From Dethiobacter sp. (lineage in GTDB: Bacteria; Bacillota; Dethiobacteria; Dethiobacterales; Dethiobacteraceae), in contig JAGXRN010000067.1 in NCBI GenBank assembly GCA_018335875.1, positions 20,688 through 84,687 on the forward strand: 64,000 nt of DNA, given 5' to 3'. Both the position numbers and the translations under genes were made by a program. The notes under the pieces are model-generated. The model made no database searches and had not been told where the DNA came from. It saw nothing but the letters and a program-made list of their open reading frames with translations. Positions 1 to 9,547 of this stretch are shown here, in pieces (the first letter of the stretch is position 1; each line of letters opens with the position of its first letter).

Positions 1-1147
1 GCAGTTAGAAGAGCTTGAGCGTCTTTCTGAGTTAACCACCGAAGAAGCAAAAGAAATTATTCTTTCACGTGTCAGAGATGAAATCAGGCATGAGATGGCT
101 ATGATGATTAAGGACGTAGAGAGCCAGGCTAAAGAAGAAGCTGAGAAAAAAGCCAGGCATATTATTACCTACGCTATCCAGAAATTTGCGGCGGACCACG
201 TTTCAGAATCCACTGTTTCAGTGGTTACACTGCCCAATGATGAAATGAAGGGCAGGATTATCGGACGGGAAGGACGAAATATCAGGACGCTGGAAACAAT
301 GACAGGTATCGACCTCATCATTGATGACACACCTGAAGCAGTTATTCTATCCGGTTTTGATCCCATACGCCGTGAAGTGGCGCGGATTGCTCTGGAAAAA
401 CTGGTAGCAGATGGGCGCATTCACCCTGCACGTATCGAAGAAATGGTTGAAAAAGCAAGACAGGAAGTGGACGTGCGTATCCGAGAGGAAGGTGAGCAGG
501 CCACTTTTGAATCAGGAGTGCATGGTATACACCCTGAATTGGTAAAGCTTTTGGGCCGTCTCCGTTTTCGCACCAGCTATGGCCAGAATGTGTTAAAGCA
601 TTCGATTGAAGTTGCTCATCTGGCAGGCGCCATGGCCGCTGAGCTTGGATTGGATATCCAGTTTGCAAAAAGGGCGGGACTTCTCCATGATATAGGAAAA
701 GCAGCGGACCACGAGGTTGAGGGGCCGCACGTAACCATCGGCGGAGATCTGGCAAGAAAGTACCGCGAATCTCGTGAAATTGTAAATGCAATCGCTGCCC
801 ACCACGGCGACGAGGAATTTATGACTTTAGAGGCTGTACTCATACAGGCCGCGGACGCAGTTTCAGCCGCCCGGCCAGGAGCACGCCGCGAGACACTGGA
901 AAACTATATTAAGAGGTTGGAAAAACTTGAAGAAATAGCCGACTCCTTCGAAGGCGTAGATAAAGCTTACGCCATTCAGGCAGGACGGGAAATAAGAATC
1001 ATGGTTAAACCCGAAAAAGTGGACGACCTGTCCAGTGTACAGATGGCACGTGAAATAGTGAAAAAAATCGAAGAAGACCTTGAATATCCCGGACAGATAA
1101 AAGTTACTGTAATCCGGGAAACACGCGCCGTAGATTACGCTAAATAA
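1..1147 (+). CDS. rny: Ribonuclease Y, 5'-truncated at window edge
   Basis: Frame is open from nt 2 ([24 protein letters not shown]...). It has a KH domain ([15 protein letters not shown]) and an HD domain (LLHDIGKA...AHHGD). The rny-ymdB-spoVS order matches Bacillus. Confidence 0.95.
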   Translation, partial: QLEELERLSELTTEEAKEIILSRVRDEIRHEMAMMIKDVESQAKEEAEKKARHIITYAIQKFAADHVSESTVSVVTLPNDEMKGRIIGREGRNIRTLETMTGIDLIIDDTPEAVILSGFDPIRREVARIALEKLVADGRIHPARIEEMVEKARQEVDVRIREEGEQATFESGVHGIHPELVKLLGRLRFRTSYGQNVLKHSIEVAHLAGAMAAELGLDIQFAKRAGLLHDIGKAADHEVEGPHVTIGGDLARKYRESREIVNAIAAHHGDEEFMTLEAVLIQAADAVSAARPGARRETLENYIKRLEKLEEIADSFEGVDKAYAIQAGREIRIMVKPEKVDDLSSVQMAREIVKKIEEDLEYPGQIKVTVIRETRAVDYAK

Positions 1148-1150
1148 ATA

Positions 1151-1185
1151 ACAGGCGGAGGTATACCCTCCGCTTGTTTATTTTT
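1151..1185 (+). terminator. Rho-independent terminator after rny
   Basis: Stem GCGGAGG (1155-1161) / CCTCCGC (1167-1173), followed by a T-rich run. Confidence 0.7.
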
Positions 1186-1305
1186 GCAGTGGGTCTGTCT
1201 GCAGGCAAAAATTGCATTGTTTTTTTAGGAAGAGAAAGCAGGAATTCTTTTGTCTGCTATGGAATTAACAGTTGACTGTCAGCGATTAACGGAGGATGTT
1301 TAATT

Positions 1306-1824
1306 GTGGGAAAAATAAAACAAAATACAAAACAGGATGCTTTTGTAACAAATCTGCTCATTTCACTTTTAATGCGTTTTCCAGAGATAATGGCCATTAA
1401 TTTTGATATGCCCAAAGAAAAATGTAAGTTTACCTTTATACTGCAGGGTGCGGTGTCAAAAGAAGAATATGCTCTTTTTAAGAGTAAGTTGGATGAATCG
1501 TTGGATGCTTTTAACGAATTAACGGGTGATGAACTTTCTGTTTTGACAAAACTGGTCCGCTCAGGCAAAATGAGTCTGATCGAGATAACATGCAAAACCG
1601 ACGCGCTTTGCCTGGAAAATATCCAACTGCTGACATCTCTGATTGACGTTTCTTTTCCTTCAATAATTCTTAAGGATACTGATATTGATGACATTGTAAG
1701 GGACGAGGAGATGTTCCGCCAGGAAGAGATTATAGAGTATCTGCTGAGCCACACCGCAGGCGCCAAAAAAGAAAACCTGATTGCATTCAGGGAAGCGGGT
1801 AAAGTCTATGTATATGATAAATAG
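1306..1824 (+). CDS. Hypothetical protein (172 aa) inserted between rny and ymdB
   Basis: Long ORF with a GTG start and coding-like composition. I recognise no motif. Confidence 0.5.
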   Translation: MGKIKQNTKQDAFVTNLLISLLMRFPEIMAINFDMPKEKCKFTFILQGAVSKEEYALFKSKLDESLDAFNELTGDELSVLTKLVRSGKMSLIEITCKTDALCLENIQLLTSLIDVSFPSIILKDTDIDDIVRDEEMFRQEEIIEYLLSHTAGAKKENLIAFREAGKVYVYDK

Positions 1825-1898
1825 GACGTAAAATTCTCATAATATGCGTAAGCTTTCATTTGTGTTTCCGTTCTATACCCCATTAAGGAGGATTCCGA

Positions 1899-2684
1899 TT
1901 GCGCATTCTGATGATTGGAGATGTGGTGGGACGTCCAGGGCGCGAATGTGTCCGTGACATGCTGCCGCGAATCAAGGAAAACTATAAAATCGATTTTACC
2001 ATCGCCAACGGTGAAAACCTGGCAGGAGGCATTGGTTTTAACGAGAAGACAGCTGGTGAGTTGTTTACATATGGTGTTGACGTGCTGACCATGGGCAACC
2101 ATGTCTGGGATAAAAAAGAATCGCTGAAATATCTTGCCGGTGAAAAACGAATAGTACGACCGCTTAATTATCCTGAAGGCGCGCCTGGGAGTGGTTCTGC
2201 GGTTTATAAATGCCAGGGCAAAAGCATTGCTGTTCTTAATATTAGCGGAAGAGTTTTTTTGCCGCCGCTTGATTGTCCCTTTCGCCTTGCTGCCGCCGAA
2301 GTGGAGCGGCTGCGCCTCAATACCCCTGTCTTAGTAGTGGACTTTCACGCCGAAGCCACTTCAGAAAAAATAGCTATGGGGCGATACCTGGACGGAAGTG
2401 TTTCTGCTGTTTTTGGTACTCATACACATGTTCAGACAGCTGATGAAAGAATTCTGTCAGGGGGCACCGCCTATATTACCGATGTGGGCATGACAGGGCC
2501 ATATGAGTCCATCCTTGGTGTGCAGCCCGAAGCTGTAATTGAAAAGTTCCTGACACAACTTCCCGTGCGCTTTGAGGTGGCCAAGAGCCCTGTCAGCCAA
2601 TTTAACGGTGTGATTGTAGAAATTGACACTGAGACAGGATTGGCTCTCTCCATACAAAGGTTATACGATCTTCACACTATTTAA
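1899..2684 (+). CDS. ymdB: YmdB-family metallophosphoesterase (2',3'-cyclic-nucleotide phosphodiesterase-like)
   Basis: TTG start 7 nt after AAGGAGG. N-terminus is RILMIGDVVGRPGRE, with GNH and GTHTHVQTAD motifs. Position after rny is conserved. Confidence 0.9.
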   Translation: MRILMIGDVVGRPGRECVRDMLPRIKENYKIDFTIANGENLAGGIGFNEKTAGELFTYGVDVLTMGNHVWDKKESLKYLAGEKRIVRPLNYPEGAPGSGSAVYKCQGKSIAVLNISGRVFLPPLDCPFRLAAAEVERLRLNTPVLVVDFHAEATSEKIAMGRYLDGSVSAVFGTHTHVQTADERILSGGTAYITDVGMTGPYESILGVQPEAVIEKFLTQLPVRFEVAKSPVSQFNGVIVEIDTETGLALSIQRLYDLHTI

Positions 2685-2768
2685 AAAAGTTTAACTCAAT
2701 TAGCAGGAATTCGTTAACTTTTGCTGAATTTAATTGTCAGAAAAGTCAAAATATCAGGAGGTCCCGCA

Positions 2769-3029
2769 ATGGATGTATTAAAGGTTTCAGCAAAATCAAA
2801 TCCGAATTCTGTGGCAGGAGCACTGGCAGGGGTTTTAAGAGAACGAGGCAACGCTGAAATGCAAGCCATCGGCGCCGGTGCACTCAATCAGGCAGTAAAG
2901 GCGGTGGCCATTGCCAGAGGTTTTGTGGCACCAAGCGGTATGGATTTAATTTGTATTCCGGCCTTTACTGATATTATCATTGACGGGGAAGAACGAACAG
3001 CAATTAAGCTCATAGTGGAGCCCCGTTGA
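2769..3029 (+). CDS. spoVS: Stage V sporulation protein S
   Basis: MDVLKVSAKSNPNSVAGALAGVLRERG...IKLIVEPR is a near-canonical SpoVS sequence. The ATG at 2769 is preceded by AGGAGG; the ORF-track start at 2721 is an upstream extension. Confidence 0.95.
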   Translation: MDVLKVSAKSNPNSVAGALAGVLRERGNAEMQAIGAGALNQAVKAVAIARGFVAPSGMDLICIPAFTDIIIDGEERTAIKLIVEPR

Positions 3030-3099
3030 GTAAATTCCAGAGAATTCCACCCAGAGGATGCTTTGGGTGTTTTTTTTATTTTTTTAGAGCATATTCTGA

Positions 3100-4155
3100 T
3101 TGTATGTTACTATATTAATGCGAAAAACAGTGGAGGTGCTCGGATTGAACGATGGGAACCTGGAATGCGCGTCTGAAAATAACGCAAAAATACTGATTGC
3201 TGACGGACATTGTGACACAATTCATCTGTTTTGCAAGCCAAAAGGAGAATACAGCTTTCATGTTGAAAATAACACAGGCCACATCGATCTGCCAAGATTG
3301 CGCAGGGGGGGTGTAAACTTACAGTGCTTTGCTGTTTGTTGTGTTGAACCCCGCTATACGCCCTGTGGCGCCCTGCGGCGGACCCTTGTCCTCTTTGAGC
3401 ATTTTGCCCGCGAGATGGGAAACAATAGTAATAATGTGGCAGTAGTAAAGAACTTGGATGAATTGGAAAGAACACTAAATGGGGGGAAATTGGCGGCACT
3501 TCTTACTGTGGAAGGAGGAGAGGCACTTGAAGGCGAATTGGAAGTCTTACACTGCCTCTACCACCTGGGTATGCGGGGTATGGGCCTTACCTGGAACCAC
3601 AGGAACGAACTGGCGGATGGCGTGGGAGTAGGCAGTGCTGCGGGAGGATTGACAGCGTTTGGCAGGGAAGTGGTGTCAGAGATGAATAAACTGGGCATAA
3701 TGGTTGATGCGTCCCACCTTTCACCCCGCTCTTTTTATGATGTCCTTGAACACTCTTCATCCCCGGTGGTAGTAACCCATGCCAATGCGGCAGGAGTCTG
3801 CAACCACAGAAGGAATCTCGATGACAGCCAACTGCGGGCTCTGCGTGACCAGGGGGGTACCATTGGTATCTGCTTTTACCCTCCATTTACAACTTCTGCC
3901 CCCGGCGTAAACCTTGACCATTTGCTGGACCATTTTTGTTATATTGCTGAACGCTTTGGCACCGGGATGCTGGCACTTGGGTCTGATTTTGACGGTATAC
4001 AAGAAACAATTCCGGGGCTGGAAGATGTATCGCACCTGCCAGCACTTACCGCAGGTTTGATAAAACGTGGTTTCAATATGGAAGAAATCAGGATGATATT
4101 GGGTGGCAATTTTCTGCAAGTGCTGGGGAAAATCTTAAAAGAACAGGGGACATGA
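3100..4155 (+). CDS. Membrane dipeptidase (peptidase M19 family)
   Basis: DGHCDT metal-binding start, plus SHLS, VTHANA and GSDFDG motifs. The start is uncertain; TTG at 3145 has the best RBS (GGAGGTG). Confidence 0.85.
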   Translation: MYVTILMRKTVEVLGLNDGNLECASENNAKILIADGHCDTIHLFCKPKGEYSFHVENNTGHIDLPRLRRGGVNLQCFAVCCVEPRYTPCGALRRTLVLFEHFAREMGNNSNNVAVVKNLDELERTLNGGKLAALLTVEGGEALEGELEVLHCLYHLGMRGMGLTWNHRNELADGVGVGSAAGGLTAFGREVVSEMNKLGIMVDASHLSPRSFYDVLEHSSSPVVVTHANAAGVCNHRRNLDDSQLRALRDQGGTIGICFYPPFTTSAPGVNLDHLLDHFCYIAERFGTGMLALGSDFDGIQETIPGLEDVSHLPALTAGLIKRGFNMEEIRMILGGNFLQVLGKILKEQGT

Positions 4156-4156
4156 A

Positions 4157-4975
4157 ATGGCCGTAGCAGCTGATTTGCACATACATACCACCGCCAGTGA
4201 TGGCTTATTGACCCCCCAGGAGGTTGTTGCGAGCGCAGCACGATTGGGGCTGCACGCCATCTCAGTTACTGACCATGATACAGTTGACGGGCTTAAAGAG
4301 GCGGTGCAGGCTGCGGAAAAAACTTCGCTTGAAGTTATCCCGGGTATTGAACTCAGTACTGAGCACCGGGATAAAGAAATTCACATCCTTGGCTATTATA
4401 TAGATATTAATAATTACGAACTTTCTTTGCTTCTGGCTGCACTGCAGAAAAGCCGCGCGGGCAGGGCAGAAAAAATGGTAGAAAAACTGGAGTCTTTGGG
4501 TAAAAATATTGAAATGAAATCAGTCAGCCGCATTGCGGGGCGGGCAGCTCCGGGAAGGCCTCATATAGCCAGAGCATTGCTGGAAAGAGGTTATGTAAAG
4601 AATATGAAACAGGCTTTCGATGAATTAATCGGCCATCAGGGGCCGGCTTATGTGGAGCGGTTTAAACTGACACCTCAGGAGGCAATCAATATTATTAAAA
4701 AAGCCGGTGGAGTTGCTGTTTGGGCGCACCCCGGCCTTACAGGCGACAACAGCTTACTGAAAGAGTTTTTGTGCAGTGGGCTTCAGGGCCTTGAAGTATA
4801 CCACCCTGAACACAGTTGGCACGCTGTTAGCCGCTATCGCTCCCTGGCCCGTGAATGGGGCTTGCTGGTTACAGGAGGGTCTGACTATCATGGTTGTGGT
4901 GAAGGCATTGCAGGCACACTGGCAGCTTGCGGTGTATCACGGCAGGAACTGTCTGCCCTGCGGGCCTGCAGGTAA
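4157..4975 (+). CDS. PHP-domain phosphoesterase (TrpH/YciV-like)
   Basis: ADLHIHTTASDG, VTDHDT, WAHPG and GGSDYHG motifs. Confidence 0.85.
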   Translation: MAVAADLHIHTTASDGLLTPQEVVASAARLGLHAISVTDHDTVDGLKEAVQAAEKTSLEVIPGIELSTEHRDKEIHILGYYIDINNYELSLLLAALQKSRAGRAEKMVEKLESLGKNIEMKSVSRIAGRAAPGRPHIARALLERGYVKNMKQAFDELIGHQGPAYVERFKLTPQEAINIIKKAGGVAVWAHPGLTGDNSLLKEFLCSGLQGLEVYHPEHSWHAVSRYRSLAREWGLLVTGGSDYHGCGEGIAGTLAACGVSRQELSALRACR

Positions 4976-5023
4976 TCATGCAGAATCTGCTTAAATTTTA
5001 CTGCAGTGCAGAGAAGGATTATT

Positions 5024-5052
5024 TTGACCATACAGCGAATAAATGATATAAT
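5024..5052 (+). promoter_or_regulatory. Candidate sigma-A promoter for the decarboxylase genes
   Basis: TTGACC (5024-5029), 17 nt spacer, TATAAT (5047-5052). It would leave a 5' UTR of roughly 200 nt. Confidence 0.4.
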
Positions 5053-5248
5053 TACTGTCAGTACCTGTATGTAAAAGGTATTTTTTTTAGAAATACATGA
5101 TAATTGCGGGAAATATTAAAATCTACGACTTTATTTTCGGCCAGCCTCAAATTTATAAGGCATGTTTTGATGAAAGGCATTCATCTTGCCGAAAGCAGGC
5201 AAGTATTCTGCCGTGGTCGTAATAACAGCTGTACGGGAGGAGATATAG

Positions 5249-5683
5249 ATGCCCAGCAACATAATCTTTGGTTTGGAAACTATGGTTATTGGCTTTACTG
5301 TAGTTATGATTACGTTATATATGCTGTACCTGATTTTGATTGGGTTTAGCCGCTGTCTGGCAAAGCCCGTCAAAACCGAGCCAAAGCAGGAAAAAATCAA
5401 TGTGCTGCCGCCGGTTGCACTTGAAGAAACCGTGGCGGCGCCCGTTGCGGCAGCAGCGGCAGTTTGCAGGCAGTCCTACGGAACACCCCCGGAAGTTGTA
5501 GCAGCTATTGCCTCAGTTCTCGGAGTGTGTGTGGACTCACCTGCCATGGAGTTTTCTGTAGTCCCGGCGCAAACATCGGCCCCTGTGGCCAAACAGATGT
5601 CAACATGGTCGCTCCTGGGCAGAAAAACTTTGATGGAAAGGCGTCAGGATCTATTTCTTTTTCGAAGGGAGAGAAGAAAATGA
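5249..5683 (+). CDS. Sodium-pump decarboxylase gamma subunit (OadG-like)
   Basis: N-terminal TM helix (GLETMVIGFTVVMITLYMLYLILIGF), an Ala/Pro linker and PEVVAAIASVL. It overlaps the next gene by ATGA. Confidence 0.6.
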   Translation: MPSNIIFGLETMVIGFTVVMITLYMLYLILIGFSRCLAKPVKTEPKQEKINVLPPVALEETVAAPVAAAAAVCRQSYGTPPEVVAAIASVLGVCVDSPAMEFSVVPAQTSAPVAKQMSTWSLLGRKTLMERRQDLFLFRRERRK

Positions 5684-6123
5684 GAAAGTTCAGAGTTACT
5701 GTAAACGGACAACCCTATGATGTTCTCGTAGAGGAGTTTGGTGCGCCTGCAACAGCCACACCCACTTTTGTACCAACCGCCAGGCCTCCCGCGCCAATTC
5801 AGCCAGCTTCAGTCCCTAAATCCCCACCCCCGGCTCCTTTGGCAGCACCGCCAATGGCAGTAAAGCCGTCCCCGGCACCTCAGTCAAAACCGGTTCAGCC
5901 TGCGGGAGGGAGTACTGTCATTTCTGCGCCAATGCCCGGGGTTATTTTAAACGTACTTGTAAGCAGCGGGCAGTCGGTTAAAATAGGAGATGTTTTATTA
6001 ATTCTTGAAGCAATGAAAATGGAAAATGAGGTTACTGCGTCAACAGCAGGAGTGGTTAAAGAAGTTGCCGTCAGTAAAGGGAGCAACGTAAACACCGGTG
6101 ATTTGATGGTCGTCATAGAGTAA
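5680..6123 (+). CDS. Biotin carboxyl-carrier subunit (biotinyl domain with Pro/Ala linker)
   Basis: EAMKMENE biotinylation motif and a PA-rich linker. ATG at 5680 starts MRKFRVTVNG; the part of the ORF-track frame upstream of it is not coding. Confidence 0.85.
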   Translation: MRKFRVTVNGQPYDVLVEEFGAPATATPTFVPTARPPAPIQPASVPKSPPPAPLAAPPMAVKPSPAPQSKPVQPAGGSTVISAPMPGVILNVLVSSGQSVKIGDVLLILEAMKMENEVTASTAGVVKEVAVSKGSNVNTGDLMVVIE

Positions 6124-6138
6124 AGGAGGCGAGTCTAA

Positions 6139-7287
6139 ATGCTGGAGAAGCTGCTTATATTTTTACAGGGTACCGGGTTCGCCTCTATGACAATTCCCCA
6201 ACTAATCATGATTATTGCTGCCTGCATCCTGCTTTACCTTGGCGTGGAAAAAAAATACGAACCACTGCTGCTTGTACCGATAAGTTTTGGCATGCTGCTT
6301 GTAAACCTGCCCCTTGGCGGTATCATGACAGCCCCTGTCTTTGACGAAGCAGGAAAGCTTATTTCCTCCGGTGGGCTGGTGTACTATTTTTACCAGGGAA
6401 TAGGCCTGGGAATATTCCCTCCGCTGATATTCCTTGGCATTGGTGCAATGACGGATTTTGGGCCTCTAATCGCCAACCCCAGGACACTTTTGCTTGGGGC
6501 TGCTGCACAGTTCGGTATCTTCACCACTTTAATCGGCGCTATATTGCTGGGATTCACTCCCGCTGAAGCAGGCTCTATCGGTATAATCGGCGGCGCTGAC
6601 GGCCCAACGGCAATTTTTCTGACTTCCAAACTCGCCCCTCATCTGTTGGGATCAGTTGCTATCGCAGCATATTCATATATGGCGTTGGTGCCTATTATCC
6701 AGCCGCCTATAATGAAACTGCTGACTACCAAGGCGGAGAGACAAATTGTGATGGAGCAGTTGAGGCCTGTCTCACGCACAGAGCGGATTCTTTTCCCTGT
6801 AATTGTTGTCATACTTTGCGGCCTTCTCCTGCCGCCGGCCATACCTCTTCTTGGTATGCTCATGTTCGGCAATTTACTGCGTGAGTCCGGGGTAACCGAC
6901 AGGCTTAGCAAGACAGCACAAAACGACTTTAATAATATAATTGTGATTATGCTCGGGATAGCAGTCGGTGCATCAGCAAGTCACGATAAGTTTTTGACTG
7001 TGAGCACTATTTCAATTGTTGTCTTAGGTCTGGCTGCCTTTGCCGTGGGAACCGCCACCGGTGTACTGATGGGTAAAATAATGTGCAAAGCAAGCGGTGG
7101 GAAAGTTAACCCTTTAATCGGCTCAGCCGGTGTTTCTGCAGTGCCAATGGCTGCCCGTGTATCTCAGGTGGTGGGGAGGGAAGCAAACCCCAATAATTAT
7201 CTGCTCATGCACGCCATGGGGCCAAATGTGGCAGGTGTTATCGGCTCAGCCATTGCTGCCGGGATTTTACTCTCACTTCTTGGTTAA
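6139..7287 (+). CDS. Na+-translocating decarboxylase beta subunit (OadB/GcdB/MmdB family)
   Basis: 382-aa polytopic membrane protein. It has [20 protein letters not shown] and [14 protein letters not shown] motifs typical of the beta subunit. Confidence 0.9.
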   Translation: MLEKLLIFLQGTGFASMTIPQLIMIIAACILLYLGVEKKYEPLLLVPISFGMLLVNLPLGGIMTAPVFDEAGKLISSGGLVYYFYQGIGLGIFPPLIFLGIGAMTDFGPLIANPRTLLLGAAAQFGIFTTLIGAILLGFTPAEAGSIGIIGGADGPTAIFLTSKLAPHLLGSVAIAAYSYMALVPIIQPPIMKLLTTKAERQIVMEQLRPVSRTERILFPVIVVILCGLLLPPAIPLLGMLMFGNLLRESGVTDRLSKTAQNDFNNIIVIMLGIAVGASASHDKFLTVSTISIVVLGLAAFAVGTATGVLMGKIMCKASGGKVNPLIGSAGVSAVPMAARVSQVVGREANPNNYLLMHAMGPNVAGVIGSAIAAGILLSLLG

Positions 7288-7297
7288 AAAAATAAAA

Positions 7298-7381
7298 AAC
7301 GAACCTCACAGGAAGGCTTTTGTTTGGTGTAATGTAAATTGAGCCATTTACATTAGACTTTCGGCCGCTGTGAGGTTCGTT
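7298..7381. other. Nested perfect inverted repeats (14-bp outer stem, 10-bp inner stem)
   Basis: Outer arms are AACGAACCTCACAG (7298-7311) and CTGTGAGGTTCGTT (7368-7381). Inner arms are TAATGTAAAT (7330-7339) and ATTTACATTA (7346-7355). An A-run lies 5' on the plus strand, which is a T-run 3' on the minus strand. Confidence 0.6.
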
Positions 7382-7499
7382 CTTATTATGGCCTTTTTTA
7401 AAATTAATATACATTGCAAAAAAAAATATCGTAAACATAAACTTATCGGTTTTCCCATAAAATGAACGTAGCAGATTAAAAATAGAAGTAGGTGGTAGA

Positions 7500-8912
7500 A
7501 TGCCAAAAAAGGTCCACCTGCATACGTGTATGATTTTGACTGCCGCAATCATATCGCTTTTTTCACTTTTAATAGTCGCGGATTATCTTTATTTTGGGCA
7601 GCGTGTTTACCACGGTGTATATCTTGGCGATATGGCTGTTGGTGGGTTGACACCTGAGGAGGCAGGCAGACTTTTAGATTTAAAACTGGCTGAAGAGGGG
7701 TTTGCTGCCATGCCTCTCTTTTTCAGCTTGGGTGACAATAAATGGAATATCACCTGCGAAGAGCTGGGGGTGGAAGTTGATTACCAAAGCTGCTTTGATG
7801 CCTATCATACAGGCGGGAGAGAGAACCACCTGCTTTCTTATCCTGCACGTTTAACGCTGCTATTTAAGCCAGTTACTGTTCCACTTGTCTTTTCAGTTAA
7901 CAGAGAGGTCTTTTATGCTGCCGTAGAGCAAATTCGTCAGGATGTCAGCACACCGGCAAAAGATGCGGAGCTGAATCTGACTGAGGATAGAAAAAAAGCA
8001 GTCATCATTGGGGATATCCCCGGACGCGAATTGGATATAGAAGGGACCTTAGAACGCCTTAATTCAGCACTCTCTTATTATCCATCCCTACCCACCATTG
8101 AAATTGCGCTAGAGGAGACAGCAGCAGCGCAGACCGCTGCGCACCTTGAATCTTTGTTCATCAGGGAAGAAATTGCCACATATACAACTGTATTCTCAAA
8201 TGCCATACCAAATCGGGTACACAATATTCGTCTTTCCGCCGCTGCCCTGGATGGCGTCTTGGTTGAACCTGATGGAGTATTTTCCTTCAATGATAATGTT
8301 GGCAATGTCGGGGCGGCACAGGGGTACAAGCCGGCGCCGGTTATTGTCAACAGGCAACTGGTTGAAGGGATAGGGGGGGGGATCTGCCAGGTTTCATCCA
8401 CACTTTATAACGCCATTCTACTGGCTGACCTGAGTATAGTTGAACGCACCAACCACGGGCTTACAGTAGGGTATCTTCCACCGGGCCTTGACGCCACAGT
8501 CTCTTACGGTTGGCTTGACTTCAAGTTTCTTAATAACAGGAACCACGCTGTGTGGATCAGGACATTCTTATCTGGCAACAATATTACTATCAGTATTTAC
8601 GGCGACCCTATTCCGGGCCACGAAGTAAAAATATTGGTGACGGACCGCGAAATGATCGCTCAGGGGGCTGTGTATACCGAGACAGACGAACTGCCCGCCG
8701 GGGCGGTGGAGAAGATAAAGGACGGGCAGCCCGGCTGGAGAGTAACTGTCTGGCGTATTACCTATCTTTACGGAGAAGAAATTAGAAGGGAAAAATTGTC
8801 AAGGGATGTGTACTCACCTGTCCCGGCGCAGTACAGAACGGGCAAGCCTGAGCAGAATATACCTGCTGCCGGGGATGACAGGAAGGAAAAGGGCGAAGAG
8901 GCGGAGAATTAA
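7500..8912 (+). CDS. VanW-family protein with N-terminal TM helix and C-terminal G5-like domain
   Basis: GGGICQVSSTLYNA VanW core and a signal-anchor N-terminus. Confidence 0.85.
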   Translation: MPKKVHLHTCMILTAAIISLFSLLIVADYLYFGQRVYHGVYLGDMAVGGLTPEEAGRLLDLKLAEEGFAAMPLFFSLGDNKWNITCEELGVEVDYQSCFDAYHTGGRENHLLSYPARLTLLFKPVTVPLVFSVNREVFYAAVEQIRQDVSTPAKDAELNLTEDRKKAVIIGDIPGRELDIEGTLERLNSALSYYPSLPTIEIALEETAAAQTAAHLESLFIREEIATYTTVFSNAIPNRVHNIRLSAAALDGVLVEPDGVFSFNDNVGNVGAAQGYKPAPVIVNRQLVEGIGGGICQVSSTLYNAILLADLSIVERTNHGLTVGYLPPGLDATVSYGWLDFKFLNNRNHAVWIRTFLSGNNITISIYGDPIPGHEVKILVTDREMIAQGAVYTETDELPAGAVEKIKDGQPGWRVTVWRITYLYGEEIRREKLSRDVYSPVPAQYRTGKPEQNIPAAGDDRKEKGEEAEN

Positions 8913-8928
8913 AGTTTGGGTGATATAA

Positions 8929-9477
8929 GTGAAGCAGATTAACATCTTTGCCCTGGGAGATTCGATTACCTATGGCTTTCCTTACGGGCCACGTTATTCC
9001 TGGGTGGAAATGGCGTCTCAAAAACTTGAAATAAAAATAATTAACGGTGGCATCAATGGTGATACCACCGCTTTTATGCTGCAGAGGCTGCCTCAGGCTC
9101 TTTCCTGCCGCCCAAGCCACCTGCTTATATTAGGCGGAGCCAATGATGCTTACTGGGGCCAGCCTGTTTCCAGCGTAGGTTTAAACATAAAAGAAATATG
9201 CCAAAACTGCCGGCAGGAAGGGATTGAGGCCATTATCGGCCTGCCCACCCCGGTGGACGAGCCCGGGGTGGAAGTGCTCCTGTCGGAATATCGTTCATAT
9301 TTTCTTAACATTGCCGCTGCTTACAACAATGTTGTCATTCCCTTTCACCAGGCATTTTTTGACAGTGACGGCAGATTCAGGGCTGAACTGACCACCGATG
9401 GCTGCCATCCCAATATTGAAGGGTATGAGGCAATGGCAGAAGTTGCAGAGAAAGCTTTAATGGAAATACTGGCGTAA
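8929..9477 (+). CDS. SGNH/GDSL hydrolase
   Basis: FALGDSITYG (block I), GGANDA (block III) and DGCHPN (block V). Confidence 0.8.
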   Translation: MKQINIFALGDSITYGFPYGPRYSWVEMASQKLEIKIINGGINGDTTAFMLQRLPQALSCRPSHLLILGGANDAYWGQPVSSVGLNIKEICQNCRQEGIEAIIGLPTPVDEPGVEVLLSEYRSYFLNIAAAYNNVVIPFHQAFFDSDGRFRAELTTDGCHPNIEGYEAMAEVAEKALMEILA

Positions 9478-9547
9478 ACCAACACGGTGGCTGAATGAGA
9501 TTATTTATGTTATAATAAAAGAGAACATATATTCGGGGGGTGGTTTG

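Noticed and set aside
5464-5679. N-terminal 72-aa extension of the biotin-carrier ORF, and the 5104..5349 and 5131..5400 ORFs
   Set aside because: The extension overlaps oadG in another frame and has no RBS, whereas the ATG at 5680 is coupled to the oadG stop. The other two ORFs lie in the leader or overlap oadG, with no supporting signals.
7238-7552. 104-aa and 66-aa minus-strand ORFs in the oadB-vanW spacer
   Set aside because: They lie in an AT-rich intergenic region and span the large hairpin. They have no RBS and overlap the vanW start.
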